The notes beneath the pieces were generated by a model that had not been told where the DNA came from, did no database searches, and saw only the letters and a list, made by a program, of their open reading frames with translations. 64,000 nucleotides of DNA, from assembly GCF_000143415.4 (NCBI RefSeq), contig NW_003314391.1:311371-375370 (forward strand), read 5' to 3'. The DNA comes from Selaginella moellendorffii (taxonomy: Eukaryota; Plantae; Lycopodiophyta). Shown here in pieces: positions 1-12,608 of the stretch (position 1 is its first letter; every line of letters begins with the position of its first letter). The translations under genes were made by a program, and so were the position numbers.

Positions 1-306
1 CCTTTTGTGCATCCGCCACGCTCCCGCATTTGCCATACATGTCTATGAGGAGGTTTGAAAGGTAGAGCTTGCCGCTGTGCTCGCCACCAGCGATGGATTC
101 GTGGATTTGCCTTCCCTCGAAGAGATTCCTCTTTTTCCCGCATTGCCGTAGCAAATCGGCATACTCGGACACTGAACAAGACATCGGAAAAGTGTGATCT
201 TGTCGACGCCAGGAATTCGTGAGATTCTTCTTATTACGTTACTGCTACTCCCTCTCTCTCGATCCGGCTATAAGACCTCCGGGAAATGCCACATCCTTGG
301 TGGCAA

Positions 307-1470
307 ATGGCTCGTCAGGAAATGTCTCTCGTATCCTTCCTCCGCAGCAATGGAATCACTCACGTCCTCCGGAACGACGAATCACAGGTAAAAGCCTCCT
401 ATACTTTAGAAAGGGGACAAACGTATGATACTGTATCTTCTTCTTTGTGATCTTCACTTGGAAAGGTGGAGACTAAGGTGCTCGAAGGAAAGATCGTTGG
501 CTTGCTCTTCTCGGTGGAATCAAACAAGTCATGCAGCACCTTCGTCAACAAGCTGCTGGGTATCTACGATGAAATCCAAAAGATTTCCACCGCTGGCGCT
601 GGTGGTGTTGGATTCGAAGTGGTGTTTGTTTCGGGTGACACGGATGAGGCGAGCTTCAAGCAATCCATGAAGAAAATGCCTTGGCTGGCACTACCGTTCG
701 ACGTCAAAGGAGCAACGACTGCGAAGCTAGCTCGACGTTTCAAAGTGGAAGTGATGCCAAGCTTGGTCCTTGTTGATTCCAATGGAACAACATTGCTATC
801 GAGATATGGTTACAGCTTGGTCACCAGGTTTGGATCGAAGGCTTTTCCTTTCGCGCAAGAACACATCCAAGACCTGGAAAAAGTGGAGGATCAAAACGCC
901 AGCAAGCTTCCCGTGGAACTCAAAGATGGAACGCACGAGCATGTCTTGCTGCTAGTGAAAGACCCCTATGACAACGCAATGTTTACTTGTGACAAATGCC
1001 AGGAGGATGGGTGTGGATGGTGTTACCATTGCAAGGAATGCTCCTACGATCTACACTTGGACTGCATCAAACCAGTCCCCAAAACACCTGTGAAGGAGAT
1101 CAAGGATGCGAAGGACCAGATCAAGGATAAAAAGGATCAGATCAAGGATGCGAAGGACCAGATCAAGGATAAAAAGGATCAGATCAAGGATGCGAAGGGC
1201 CAGATCAAGGATAAAAAGGATCAGATCAAGGATGCGAAGGACCAGATCAAGGATAAAAAGGATCAGATCAAGGATGCAATGGATCAGATCAAGGATTCTC
1301 CATCCACGCAGATTGAAGGCAAAGCTGGTGCCATGATGGACACTTTCAAGCAAAGAAAAGGATCTACAAGCGTTGCCCTCATTAGTTTCGTTCTGATTCT
1401 TCTCGCATTGTTATGGGTTCTTGGTTTTCTTGGACGAAAGTTCTTCCTCGAGAAGAAGAATGCTGCATAA
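307..1470 (+). CDS. Nucleoredoxin-like protein (thioredoxin-like + C1 zinc domain) with heptad repeat and C-terminal transmembrane helix
   Basis: Exon 1 307-387 (MARQEMSLVSFLRSNGITHVLRNDESQ), GT-AG intron 388-465, exon 2 466-1470. NRX motifs LEGKIVGLLFS, FEVVFVSGD, MPWLALPF and a C1 domain (HEH..CDKC..YHC..CSYDLHLDC). The WCxPC site reads SNKSC. Confidence 0.85.
1097..1296 (+). repeat. Coding 21/42-bp tandem repeat (KDQIKDA/KDQIKDK)n
   Basis: Repeated GATCAAGGATGCGAAGGACCA / GATCAAGGATAAAAAGGATCA units inside the first NRX-like ORF. Confidence 0.95.
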
Positions 1471-1667
1471 AATTCACTATAAAATTCATAACAGATAATT
1501 ATTCCAATTTCAGTTTAAGATGATTTGCAAATGTTTATTGTAAGTGGTAAAAAATTGAGATTTTGCTCGCTTTATATTCACATAAAAGCATGGAAAATGC
1601 TATGCTATGCTTGTGATATACTCCGTGGTGGTATATAAGATCCCATAATAGTTTTCATACTTCAAAC

Positions 1668-2487
1668 ATGGAATCAGTTTTGTCATTCATTGCAACTGAA
1701 GAGCGTGACTATGTCATTAGAAATGACGGATCCAAGGTGAAAGAAATGGATATAATCATCTAAGTAACTATATTTCCAGGTGAGCATTCAAAGCCTCCAA
1801 GGATTCAAGTGCTATGGCTTGGCCTTCGTCGCACACTGGTATCCAACGGCTCGAGCGTTTGTGGACAAGCATCTGATCCCTCTCTACGAGCAAATCCGCG
1901 CCAGGCATGGCAAGAGATCGATCGAGATCATCTTTGTCTCGGACGACTTGAACTACATCGAGTTCATGGAGTTCTTCCAGACTATGCCTTGGCTCGCACT
2001 GCCATTCCAAGACAGGAGGACGGAATTGATTCTTAGCACCAAGCTAAACGTCCAAAGCATACCTGCGTTTGCAATCTTTGATGGCGATGGCAAGCTCTTG
2101 TTTAGAGAAGGCCGAAGCGTGATACTGCGCCATGGATTGCGAGCTTATCCCTTCACTCCACACCACGTCTCCAAGCTTGACGTGATCCAGCGAAAGCGAG
2201 CCTCCAAACTTCCAGCGGACGTGAAGCATCCACAGCACGAGCATACGCTCGATCTCGTCCGCGACTGGTATGACAACTTTGGGATGTTCGTTTGTGACGC
2301 TTGCTTGGACGAAGGAAACGGCTGGTTCTACCACTGCGAGAGGTGCTCCTGGGATTTGCATCCTGCCTGTGCAAATCCAAAGTTCGATCTACAGAAGAGC
2401 GCCAGTACTTATTTTCGATGCTACATACCAGGAGCAAACATCTTCAAGAAAATGCTAAAGTTACAGCCAAAGGAGACGTCGACATAG
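1668..2487 (+). CDS. Nucleoredoxin-like protein (thioredoxin-like + C1 domain), tandem paralogue
   Basis: Exon 1 1668-1736 (MESVLSFIATEERDYVIRNDGSK), 43-nt GT-AG intron 1737-1779, exon 2 1780-2487. IEIIFVSDD, MPWLALPF and C1 domain present. Active site reads WYPTA. TATATAA lies just upstream at about 1632. Confidence 0.85.
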
Positions 2488-2497
2488 TTCTCGTTTC

Positions 2498-3135
2498 TCT
2501 AAAGGGAATTGGGAATTTTCTGTAAACAGCAATCTCCTTCTGCTCGTGTGACACCAGCTATGATAGTCTTTTGTATCTTTATGACCAAAAGAGCAGTACT
2601 TCTTGAGCTAAAGCAATGCATGGATTTGCATTTAGTAACTATAGCAAGTGATGCCAAATTTTTAGAGATCTTTTAGAAAGAACATCACGAGACTGGAGTT
2701 CTATTACTAACTCCAATGTACCTCACTCTTTTGAGTCGCAAATCGAAAAGAATTTGTACTTCTAAGCCGTCTACAGCGTCAGACAGTGCAAGACGCTGTA
2801 GACAGGCAAGGAACTGCTTTCACACTAGAAACTCTCATTCAAAGAACGAAAACAAAATTTAATTACAGATCGAGCAGAGACTCGAGTAAGAACAACGATA
2901 TCATAAAGCATTAAATTACATCGAAACAAAGAGCACAGCAAGCTCACCTTGGTATGACAATTGAGCAATGACAGAGTTGTTTCTCGTAACATTATTCATG
3001 GACTTCACTGTTTCCATGAGTTTGAGACACTGAGAAAAAAAGAAACGATAGAAAACGGTCAAGTGCTTCACTAAAACTGTTTTGCTCACTGCCAAGAGTG
3101 CGCAAGACTAGAGACCAGAATTGCAAACCTAGGGC
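2498..3135 (-). pseudogene. Deleted remnant of the Tas-like aldo-keto reductase gene
   Basis: Patches match the intact gene at 4658-6315 (e.g. 2708-2800 vs 5465-5560, 2940-2955 vs 5946-5960) with many deletions. Confidence 0.75.
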
Positions 3136-4169
3136 GAGATTTAGTGACAATGCTGTTATCTTACCGTGTTTTTAGTTATCAGTCTCTTCTTTTCGGATGA
3201 TGTTTCAATAAAATAAAAACTAAAGAAGTTGTTTATATTATATTTGTTATATCATGTTGCAGAAATTAAACTTAACTTCTAAAAACAACGTTACTATCAC
3301 TAAAACCTTAGGACTTGGGTGCTTAAGTAAACCAAAAAAATTAGATGGATCAAATTCAATTTCAATATGTTAATTAATGTATTTATACAACCATGTGGTT
3401 CTTCTTAATAGTAGTGTTTATTATTTAATAACAAATTTAATTTACTAGAAATGATAAAAATTATTTATAAATTATAAACACAAGATTAATCTTGGGTAGA
3501 AATAAATTATAAAATTTAATCTAAATGAAGAACAACTTTTAAATTGTAAAATATCCCAGAATATTTAAACATATTCTCTTAGCCACATCAAATAAGAGTA
3601 TAAAACTAAGTTCACTAACTTTGTCTCAGGCGACTTAAAACTATAAAGTGCGGAGACTGCCCTCTGCTCAATGGAATCAATACCTAAACTTGGAAACATG
3701 GAAGAGAATTTTGCTAGCTCAAGCAAAGCAAGCCACTTTGGTCGCTATCCCTGGTAACAATGAAATGAAATGCTAGATATCATGGATTCACTTTAGCTCA
3801 TCGAATCCTGCCAAGAGTAATAGATCCGGCACGTGAGAGCCACAGCCATGCCAACAGAACCATCCATTCGAGCAACTAGAACAATGCCTCGTTGCTGGCC
3901 CAAACTCTAAAAATGAAGGGAGAAGGTCACTATACTGATCTAGTTGCTCTGCATTCCATCCCAAACAGTGAGGTATTTGATACAGCTGCATTGCATGCTC
4001 CCCATTAGAAATCATCAAGAATGCTACTTAAAAAAAAGAATACAAAGAGCCTGCTTATAGCCCTTTGAAATGGAGATGAATCTTGAAGCTTCTGTTAAAC
4101 ACAGATTCACTGGAGGGAAACAAATTTTGAAATGACAAAATCTTTCCGACTTTCACGTTTTGTACATGG

Positions 4170-4646
4170 GACGACTTAGACTATGTCGAGTTCATGGAGT
4201 TCTTCGGTGCCTTCACTCGCACTGCCATTCCAACACAGGACGACGGAATCAGTTCTAAGCACCAAATTTTCCAAGCATTTGCAATGCGATCAGCTCTGGC
4301 CGGAGTGTGATACTGCGCCATGGATTCGCCATGGAGCTTATCCTTGCAGCCCCCGAGCAAGATCGCCATAGCCTGAGAGCTCGTGTCGATCAACACCAAT
4401 CTTGACGTGATCCAGCGAAACTAAGCCTCCAAACTTCCAGCGGACGTGAGCACACGCTGGATTTCGTCCGGCATCTGGTATGAAAGCTTTGGGAGGATGC
4501 AAGCACCTCTGGCAGTGGGAGAACCAGCCATAGCGTCCAAGCAAGCGTCACAACGAAAATCCTGCCCTGTGCAAATCCAAAGTTTGATCTACACGAGAGC
4601 AAATCGAAAATGCTAAAACTTACAGCCAAAGGAGACGTCGACGTAG
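4170..4646 (+). pseudogene. Degenerate duplicate of the second nucleoredoxin-like gene
   Basis: Colinear with 1943-2487 (GTCGAGTTCATGGAGTTCTTC, GCCTCCAAACTTCCAGCGGACGTGA, GCAAATCCAAAG, CAGCCAAAGGAGACGTCGAC) with frameshifts and deletions. Confidence 0.85.
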
Positions 4647-4657
4647 TTCTCGTTTCT

Positions 4658-6315
4658 CTACGGAGCTGGATTCGGGAATTTTCTGTGAACAGAATCTATC
4701 TCCTCCACCATTTCATCTGTTAGTGTGATAGCAGCTGCTTTTACTATGTCCATTAGCTGATAGTCCTTCGTAGCTCCAATCACAGCACTTGCAACCAGTG
4801 GATGCCTTAGTACAAAACCTGACCAAAGGAGAAGTTTTTCTTGAGCTCAAGCAATGCATGGATTTGCGTTGTAGGTACCTATAGCAAGCTCCACGGGGGT
4901 GATGCCATAGTTCTTAGAAATCTCTACGTATGCCTGAAACGAGATAGTTTGGATCTTATAATAAGAAAATCCGAAATGTACGTACCTTGACAGCCGGTAA
5001 CAGATTGGGTTTTCCAAGATCATACCGGCATTCTGCCTCGGTGTAGCGTCCTGTATTATGGGTGTTTTTCTACGTTAGAGAGAGAAGATTGCGTAGTGAC
5101 CTTTATAAAGATTTAAACGAGCATCAGCCGGACCTCCACCATCGTCAAGATATTTCGCAGTTAGCAAACCCATTGCCAAAGGACTGTAAGCCAGGAGGTT
5201 TATGCTGAAAGAACAAAGAAGAACACCGTTTACAGTCTACAAAGGTGATAAGCTCTTACCTTTCGTGATGGCAGCATTCGGCGAGACCATAATCAAAGGT
5301 TCGACACAGGAGGCTATATGCATTCTGTTCCAGATAGTTAGAATCCTCCACTTGGGCATATATAAACTTCTTCTTCTCCACTTACTTGGATCGAGAAAAC
5401 TCGAGGCAGCCTGTTCTCGCGAGAAGCCCGGCAGAATTCCATGAGACCGTAAGGAGTTTCATTGCTAACTCCAATGTATCTTATCTGTTCAACTAGTCTG
5501 TTGAGTCGCAAATCGAAAGGGATTTGTACCTTGCCAGCGTCTACAGCGTCAGACAAAGCTTGCAGCTGCTCGTCCACAGGAACTGCTTTGATACGGCGTG
5601 AAGGATCGTAATCAACTTCTCCAAACATCGGTGTATAGCTATAGAAAACTCCCATTCTCAAGCAAAGCACACAAGCATAAAATGTTTTACTCACCGATCA
5701 GGCCAATGTATCTGATAGAGATCAATATGATCCAAGCAAAGTCGCTGCAAGCTGCACGAAGGAACAAAAACCATGCCAGTAAGAACAATGGTACGAGAAG
5801 TAAAACCTTGTGTCAATAGCCGCCTTGATATTATTCTTGTCCAAAGAGTGTGGTCCTCCACGAATCCAAGTCATTTGTCCCGAAGGCCCAGCTACCTTAA
5901 AAAAAAATATATAGAACCATGAAATGAAAGAATTTTGCTAGATCGAGCTCACCTTGGTCGCTATCACAATCTTGTCCCTGGCAATGTTACTCTCTCTGAT
6001 CCATCGACCGAGGTAGACCTCACTCTTTCCATGAGTTTGAGCTCTTTGAGGCACCGGGTACCTGCGAGCAAGGAGCAAAGGAGACGATCGAAAGCGAAGA
6101 AATGCTGGTTTTTACATCTCTGCCGTGTCGAAGAAGTTGATTCCAGCTTGCGTAGCGATGCTCAAGAGCTTGGCGGATTCACTATAGCTGTTCTGCTCAC
6201 CAAATGTCATGGTTCCTGCCAGGAGCGCGCGAGATACGTGAGAATCAATCCAACGGGCTCACCAACCTAGGCAGAGCTTCGACACGGAGAGATCCGGCGC
6301 GAGAACCACAGCCAT
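4658..6315 (-). CDS. Tas-like NADP(H)-dependent aldo-keto reductase (multi-exon)
   Basis: Spliced translation MAVVLAPDLSVSKLCLGTMTFGEQN..GINFFDTAEMYPVP..IRYIGVSNETPYG..GFVLRHPLVASAVIGATK..HRKFPNPAP*, with short GT-AG introns. Confidence 0.9.
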
Positions 6316-6418
6316 GCTAACACGAAAACCCTAATGGGATAGAGATAGGCAAAATGCCCAGGCTGGGCATCTAGACATTCTTGTTTGGCACCAGTATGAT
6401 CACCGAAGAGCTGGCTAA

Positions 6419-8656
6419 ATGCCCGACGCAGTGGCTGATCTTGCCACTCGCCTCCGATGTTGCTCCTGCATTGTGGCCGGAGAGCAAATCCACAGGGAGA
6501 TCAAAGCATCCGCTCTCGAGCACAACAGGTACCTTGCAAACTTGCTCGTCCAAATGTATGGCAAGCTTGATAGATTGGGCGAAGCACGCGCTGTCTTTGA
6601 TAGCATCCACGCTCCCGATGCCTTCTCTTGGAGTATTATGATCGCGTGCTACACGAAAAGCGGCCAGATCGAAGCTGCGAGGCGCCTTTTTGATGCTGCT
6701 GGGGCTGATCCGGGGGTCGTGTCATGGAACACCATGATCACGGCATATGCCCGAATTGGGGATCTCAGCGAGGCCAAGAAGCTTTTCCAGCAAATGCCGA
6801 ATCCCAATGCTGTTACGTGGACGGCGATCCTCACAGCCGTTGCGGAGAACAGCTCGCTCCAGGAAACGCGAGAACTGTTTGATGCAATGCCAGAGAGAAA
6901 TCTTTCATCGTGGAACGTAATGCTTAATGCATATGCCCGAACTGGGCACTTGGGCGAATCCGAAAACTTGTTCTGCTCTTGCCCTGAGAGAAACATTCGG
7001 ACTTGGAACGCTTTACTGCATGCATGGGTCCAAAACGGAAATGTTCTTGATGCCCAAGACGTGTTCTCACGGATGCCCGAGAGAGATGCTGTGTCGTGGA
7101 CGGATATGCTCACGGCGTATGCCACCTTTGGGCATACTGAAGATGCCAAGAATCTGTTTAGACAGATGCCAGAGAAAAACACTGTCGCGTGGAACATTAT
7201 GATAAACGCATTATCTCAAGTTGGTAGTTCGAACGAGGCTAAGGAATATTTCGACAAGGCTCCGAATCCAAATGTAGTGACCTGGAACTCTATGATCCTT
7301 GCGTATATCCGTTCTGGATATACAGCGGAGGCGAGGCGGCTCTTTGATTCGATGCCAATGCGAGATTTGATAACTTGGAACTCAATGATCCAAGCATATG
7401 CCGATGCCTTAGATTCCCACAATGCCGATGCTCTCTTTGATCGATCCCCACAACACAATGTGGTGTCGCGGACCACAATGTTGGTCATGTATGCCGAGGT
7501 GGGGCATCTGGACGATGCCAAACGAATCTTTGACACGATGCCAAGCAAGAACATTGTGTCATGGACAGCGCTGCTGCAGGCATATGCCGAGGCTGGGAAT
7601 CTCGAAGATGCCGAGGGGATATTTCACCGGATGCCCGAGTGGAATAGCGTGACGTGGAATGCGATGGTTGGTGGATATGGCGCTGCTGGAAATGTAGAGA
7701 AAGCGGAATCCATGTTCAGCGGGATGCCGGAGAGTGACGTGTCGTCGTGGAACGTTATGCTGGAGGTATATACCGCCAATGGGCATCTTGGGGACGCAAA
7801 GGCACTGTTTGATAGAATGCCGTGTTGGACTCAAACATCTTGGAATATTCTTCTAGCGGCGTACGCGGAGGGTTCTTTGGTAGAGGAGATGCTTTGGTTT
7901 CTCGACTCCATGCCTGGAAGAAACGTTGCCAGCTGGACGATTGCGATGGCGACACTTGGCGCGAATGGGCATCTTGATGAGGCGGAGAGAATCTTCGGTT
8001 TGATGCCAGAGCACGACCTCGTGTGCTGTACGGTGATGCTCACGGTATTGGTACACCACAGGAAGTGTTACAAAGCAAAGCTCTTTTTTGAAAAGATTCC
8101 AGAGCGCAGCCAGGTATCTTGGAACACGATGCTGGAAGCATATGCCCTGTCGCGGGATATCCATGGCGCGAGAATCTTTTTCGAGCGCATGGAGGCGCGG
8201 GAGCCGGTGGCGTGGGGCAGTGTGATTGGATCTTACGCAAACGCTGGCCTCATGGAATCCGCCATGGCACTCTTCCGTACCATGGCCATGGAGGCTCTAG
8301 CTCCCGACGAGATTATCTTCCTCAGCGTTCTCTCGGCTTGCAATCATGCCGGATCGCTGGAACAGGGCTTGCGCTGCTTCATGTCGATGATTGCAGACTA
8401 TGGATCGGCGCCGCGGAGAGAGCACTACACTTGCTTGATCGATCTTCTCGGCCGGGCGGGGGAATTACTCGATGCGGAGGAGATCATTAGCAAGATGCCA
8501 TTCAAGCCGGATGCCACGTCCTGGGGGTCGCTGCTGAGCTCCTGCGCAGGGGTGAGAGAGATCGATCGAGGGACGAGGAGAGCCAGGGCGGCATTCCAAT
8601 CCAGTGATAGCTCCAGCCCCTATATTTCCCTCGCTAATATGCGCTCCAGAAATTAG
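6419..8656 (+). CDS. PLS-class pentatricopeptide repeat protein with E-type C-terminus, no DYW
   Basis: 745-aa intronless ORF of ~31-aa MPERDxVSWNxM-type repeats, ending SVLSACNHAG..HYTCLIDLLGRAG..MPFKPD..WGSLLSSC. Confidence 0.93.
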   Translation: MPDAVADLATRLRCCSCIVAGEQIHREIKASALEHNRYLANLLVQMYGKLDRLGEARAVFDSIHAPDAFSWSIMIACYTKSGQIEAARRLFDAAGADPGVVSWNTMITAYARIGDLSEAKKLFQQMPNPNAVTWTAILTAVAENSSLQETRELFDAMPERNLSSWNVMLNAYARTGHLGESENLFCSCPERNIRTWNALLHAWVQNGNVLDAQDVFSRMPERDAVSWTDMLTAYATFGHTEDAKNLFRQMPEKNTVAWNIMINALSQVGSSNEAKEYFDKAPNPNVVTWNSMILAYIRSGYTAEARRLFDSMPMRDLITWNSMIQAYADALDSHNADALFDRSPQHNVVSRTTMLVMYAEVGHLDDAKRIFDTMPSKNIVSWTALLQAYAEAGNLEDAEGIFHRMPEWNSVTWNAMVGGYGAAGNVEKAESMFSGMPESDVSSWNVMLEVYTANGHLGDAKALFDRMPCWTQTSWNILLAAYAEGSLVEEMLWFLDSMPGRNVASWTIAMATLGANGHLDEAERIFGLMPEHDLVCCTVMLTVLVHHRKCYKAKLFFEKIPERSQVSWNTMLEAYALSRDIHGARIFFERMEAREPVAWGSVIGSYANAGLMESAMALFRTMAMEALAPDEIIFLSVLSACNHAGSLEQGLRCFMSMIADYGSAPRREHYTCLIDLLGRAGELLDAEEIISKMPFKPDATSWGSLLSSCAGVREIDRGTRRARAAFQSSDSSSPYISLANMRSRN

Positions 8657-8668
8657 GGTTTTTCGGGG

Positions 8669-11600
8669 ATGGAGGTGGAGGTGAGGCGCGTTGCCAGCAG
8701 CGATGTCGGCTTCGTTGCGCTCCCGATGCATGTAATTTACCTTCTCCAGCAAGGCGACGCGCATTTCACTTCCCTCCTGGTGCTGGAATTGAAGATTTCG
8801 CGTCCAGCGGCAGGCGATGGAGCCGCATTGGTTCCCTGGTTCGTGGCTTGGAGCGGCGCCACCTCCAATTCCATTTTCATCGAGGTATGTTCGTGGAGTT
8901 CCTGGGGGTGATCTTTCTTTCTTAGCACAAGCTTTGATGAAGGAAGGTTGCGGAGAGTCTAGCGCAATGCCTGGGGCTACCTGATCGAGCGAAGGTCACA
9001 GTTCGTGTTCGTATCGATTTACCACAAGCACAGACTGTTCTAGTGGAGCCAGCGACGGAGGACGATTCGGAGATTTTGGAGCTCCACGCTGACTACCTTG
9101 AGACTCATATCTTAAACGAGGTATCCAGTTCGAACATATAGTCTTCTCGGTCTATTTTTTTGTCCTTCTATGTTGCTTCTAAGTTTTCTTATTCCAGGTT
9201 GGAGTGCTACAGGAGGGACGCCAGTTTCCTGTGTCAGTTCCAGGACAAGGGGTACTTGTGTTGCTTGCAAAATCCATCACTCCAAGGTCAGTGGTGAGTG
9301 TGTAGATTTATTCTGGTGTGAACCATAGACTCGTCCTCATGGCAATCCTTTTCAGGTAAGACTCACGCGAGGGACGGAACTAGTTGTGTCTATCAAGAAG
9401 CGCCAACAGAACATCAAGCAAGGCCCGCAATTTGGAAAAAGTATCTGGCTGCGAATCCAGGATATTGACGAGTCACTACATCAAGTTTGCAATATCGGAG
9501 GCAAAGAGCTCGCAGTTATTCCTACCGCTGCGGTTTACGTAAATTCAAGTACAGCGGAACGAGTCACCGTGGCAAATGGACAGTGGGTGCTGGTGAGAAC
9601 AAGCCAGTCCTTTCCGAATGAAGAAACGACTGATGAGCAGAAAAAGGTAACTAGATCGGCAGCTGTTCGTGTGATTTATTGGAGCGGAGCCACCGATGGC
9701 CATGCTGTGGTCTCAGCGCCTTTGCGGCAGTATTTGGGTGTTCAGCTCCACGGAGGTATAGCTTTTATATTCAATTTCAGCTTTTATATTCGCTTTTTTT
9801 TCTGCAGGGTTGTGTCTTCAATCCTTTCACCAAACTAATCTGCTGCAAGCAACGAGTGTTCGCGTAACTCCGGTTATGTTTCACTCAGAAGAAAATCAAA
9901 CAGATGGGAAGCAGCTCAAGCAAGTGATTTCTTCCGAGACAGTGGACGATAAGCTTACCTTGATTAGAGCTTGGATAAAAGCCCAACGAAGGACGTTGCA
10001 CAACGCTTTCGGCGGTAATGATGGTACTTCCTGGCCGGCAACATCCTTGATAGCGCTTTCGGAAGCGCCTGCCAACAGACAGAAAAAAGAATCGATTTTT
10101 TTGTTGAGCCTACAGTGCGGAGGGCAGATGGACAACAATATGCTTGTACTCGACGCCCGCATACTAGACGACGAGAAGCCTGTCTTGGATTTACGGATTG
10201 AGCGTCTCCAGTATTTGTTCACGATTAGTAAGGAGGACCGTGACGTCGATATGCCTTCTTTCAAATCAGTCTGGGTTAAAGGAAGCGCTGACGAAGCTTT
10301 ACAGCGTACGTGTTCCTGTTCTTGCTTGATTGTTTTTCTTACAATTTTTTTTTCAGGACTTACCCTCCTGTTAACTCCAACTAGTCTGCAAAAGCTACGA
10401 GACATGGAAGTTGCGGTACCTGTTGGTATTCTTCTGTATGGACCAGCAGTAAGGAGACAGAAATATTACCCTTTGTGGAATGACGCCGTTGTGTTTGCAG
10501 GCGTGTGGAAAAACTCAGCTAGCTTTGTCTCTGGCACGGGAGCTCGGTGAAAACAAACAAATACAAGCGCATCGGTTTGTTATTATGTCTTTCCCCATTA
10601 CGTGTTTTCTAACGCAATGGATTTGCTTGACATAGGGTGATTCTGAAATGTGCTGAGCTTGTTGGTGAAGCAGAAAGTCCAACAAAACGCCGTCTGAAGG
10701 AAGCAGTTCTGGGAGCCATTCAGCATGCGCCTTCTTTGGTGGTGCTCGATGACCTGGACGCTCTTTTCTCGATTCATGAAGAAGGAGGAGTTGATATGTC
10801 AGCCACTTCTCTCGCGGAGTACCTTTCAGATGTGATGGACAATGCTCAGGTGAAAGGTTCAGGCAACTTTAAAGTTTTACGTGCTCTTTTTTCTGTTCCA
10901 CAGAGAACGGCTTCTGTCGCGTTTCTTGCAACTGCAAGTGGACCAAAATCTCTTCCACTTTCTCTGCGCTCGTCAGGTATTCTACCTTCCAAGGCTAAAC
11001 ACGTTCACTTTGGACACTGATAATGCAGGACGATTTGATTTTAGCGTTGAGCTAGAACCCCCTGGTATTCGTGAGCGAGAAGGCATTCTCGAGCAAATTA
11101 TCGCAAGCCGAGGTTTTGAGTGTCCAAAAACTATAACGAGTAGAGTGGCTGCCAAATGTGATGGATACGATGCAAATGATCTGGTAATGTGGTTTAGCTC
11201 ATACTGTACTAGGTGCTGATTACTCATGGAATCAGGAAATTATGGTGGACAGAGCTTTGCATGCTTCATCTGCCCGATATCTCGCAAAAAAGGCGGAGAC
11301 GGAAACGGGCCGCAATTTTCACTTGACAGACAGCGACCTGAACGACGCACTTCAAGGCCTTGTTCCGGCAGCACTCAAAGGAGTTGCCAAGGCGGGGAAA
11401 ACTGGACCGATACTGGGATGGGATGATGTAGGTGGCCTGCAAGAAGTTTGCCGTGTGATTAGAGAGGTACTATTAACGTTGATTTGGATATCATCTGCCT
11501 CACTAGACTCGTATATTTGCAGCTGTTGGAACTACCTGTGAGGTACCCAAAGCTTTTTGCTAGTGCACCTTTGCGGTTGCGTACTGGCGTTCTTCTATAC

Positions 11601-12608
11601 GGTCCTCCTGGATGCGGAAAAACGCATGTTGTTGCGGCAGCTGCTGCGGCGTGCTCCCTCCGTTTTATTCCAGTGAAAGGTCCAGAGCTTCTTGACAAAT
11701 ACATTGGTGCTTCTGAAAAGGCGGTATGCTCTTTGAAAATATTTTGGGCTAGACCTTTGTTCCTTGTCCATCCAGGTTCGTGACGTTTTCGCGAGAGCAG
11801 CTGCGGCTGCTCCTTGCATCCTGTTCTTTGACGAGTTCGACGCTATTGCTCCCAAGCGTGGTCACGACAATACCGGTGTTACAGATCGGGTTGTGAACCA
11901 GGTACACGAACTTTTAAGCCATTGCATTAATAACTGTAGCATGCAGCTTCTAGCTGAGCTTGACGGGGTCTCAGCTTTAACGGGTGTTTTTACGTTCGCT
12001 GCTACCAAGTCAGTCAGCCTCTTATGAGAGTTGTTTGTGTAGCACTAATCGTTCTTTCTCTTGTAGCCGTCCTGATCTGATTGATGCGGCGCTGCTTCGA
12101 CCTGGGCGACTCGACCATCTTTTGTTTTGCGATTTTCCTTCACAGGCCGAGAGGCTTGACATCCTACGTGTACTCTCCCGACATGTACGTACGCTTTCTT
12201 TTTGTTTTCTTTCTCTTGGCAGGCTTAACTTGATTTCCTTTTAAACAGCTTTCAATGGAAGATGACATTGACCTGCAGTACTTATCGCGTTTCTCAGAGG
12301 GTTTCAGTGGAGCAGATCTGAAAGCTGTTCTCTCAGACGCAGAACTAGAAGCAGTCCATTCGGCAATTGAAAGGCCAAGAGAAAAACACAACCAGCGCCC
12401 TGTAATAACGATGGAAATGCTCAAGTCAGCACTTGCGCGGGCCATCCCGCTACAGGAGGCAGAAAGGAAGCGATTCGCCAGCATATACAGTACATTTACA
12501 AGCGGCAGATCGTCATCTAAGGTCCGTTGCTCTTACGTGTTTTGTTTTTCATCGTCTTGACGTTCTGGTTGATAGGATTCCAAGGGAAAGAAAGCAACGC
12601 TGGCCTAG
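8669..12608 (+). CDS. PEX1: Peroxisome biogenesis AAA ATPase PEX1 (multi-exon)
   Basis: N-terminus [30 protein letters not shown]. Two AAA modules (LLYGPA|ACGKT, VLDDLD; [58 protein letters not shown]). C-terminus [10 protein letters not shown]. Confidence 0.95.

Noticed and set aside
6649-8490. Antisense and alternate-frame ORFs over PPR, UGT, peroxidase and RT genes
   Set aside because: Shadows of GC-rich coding sequence.
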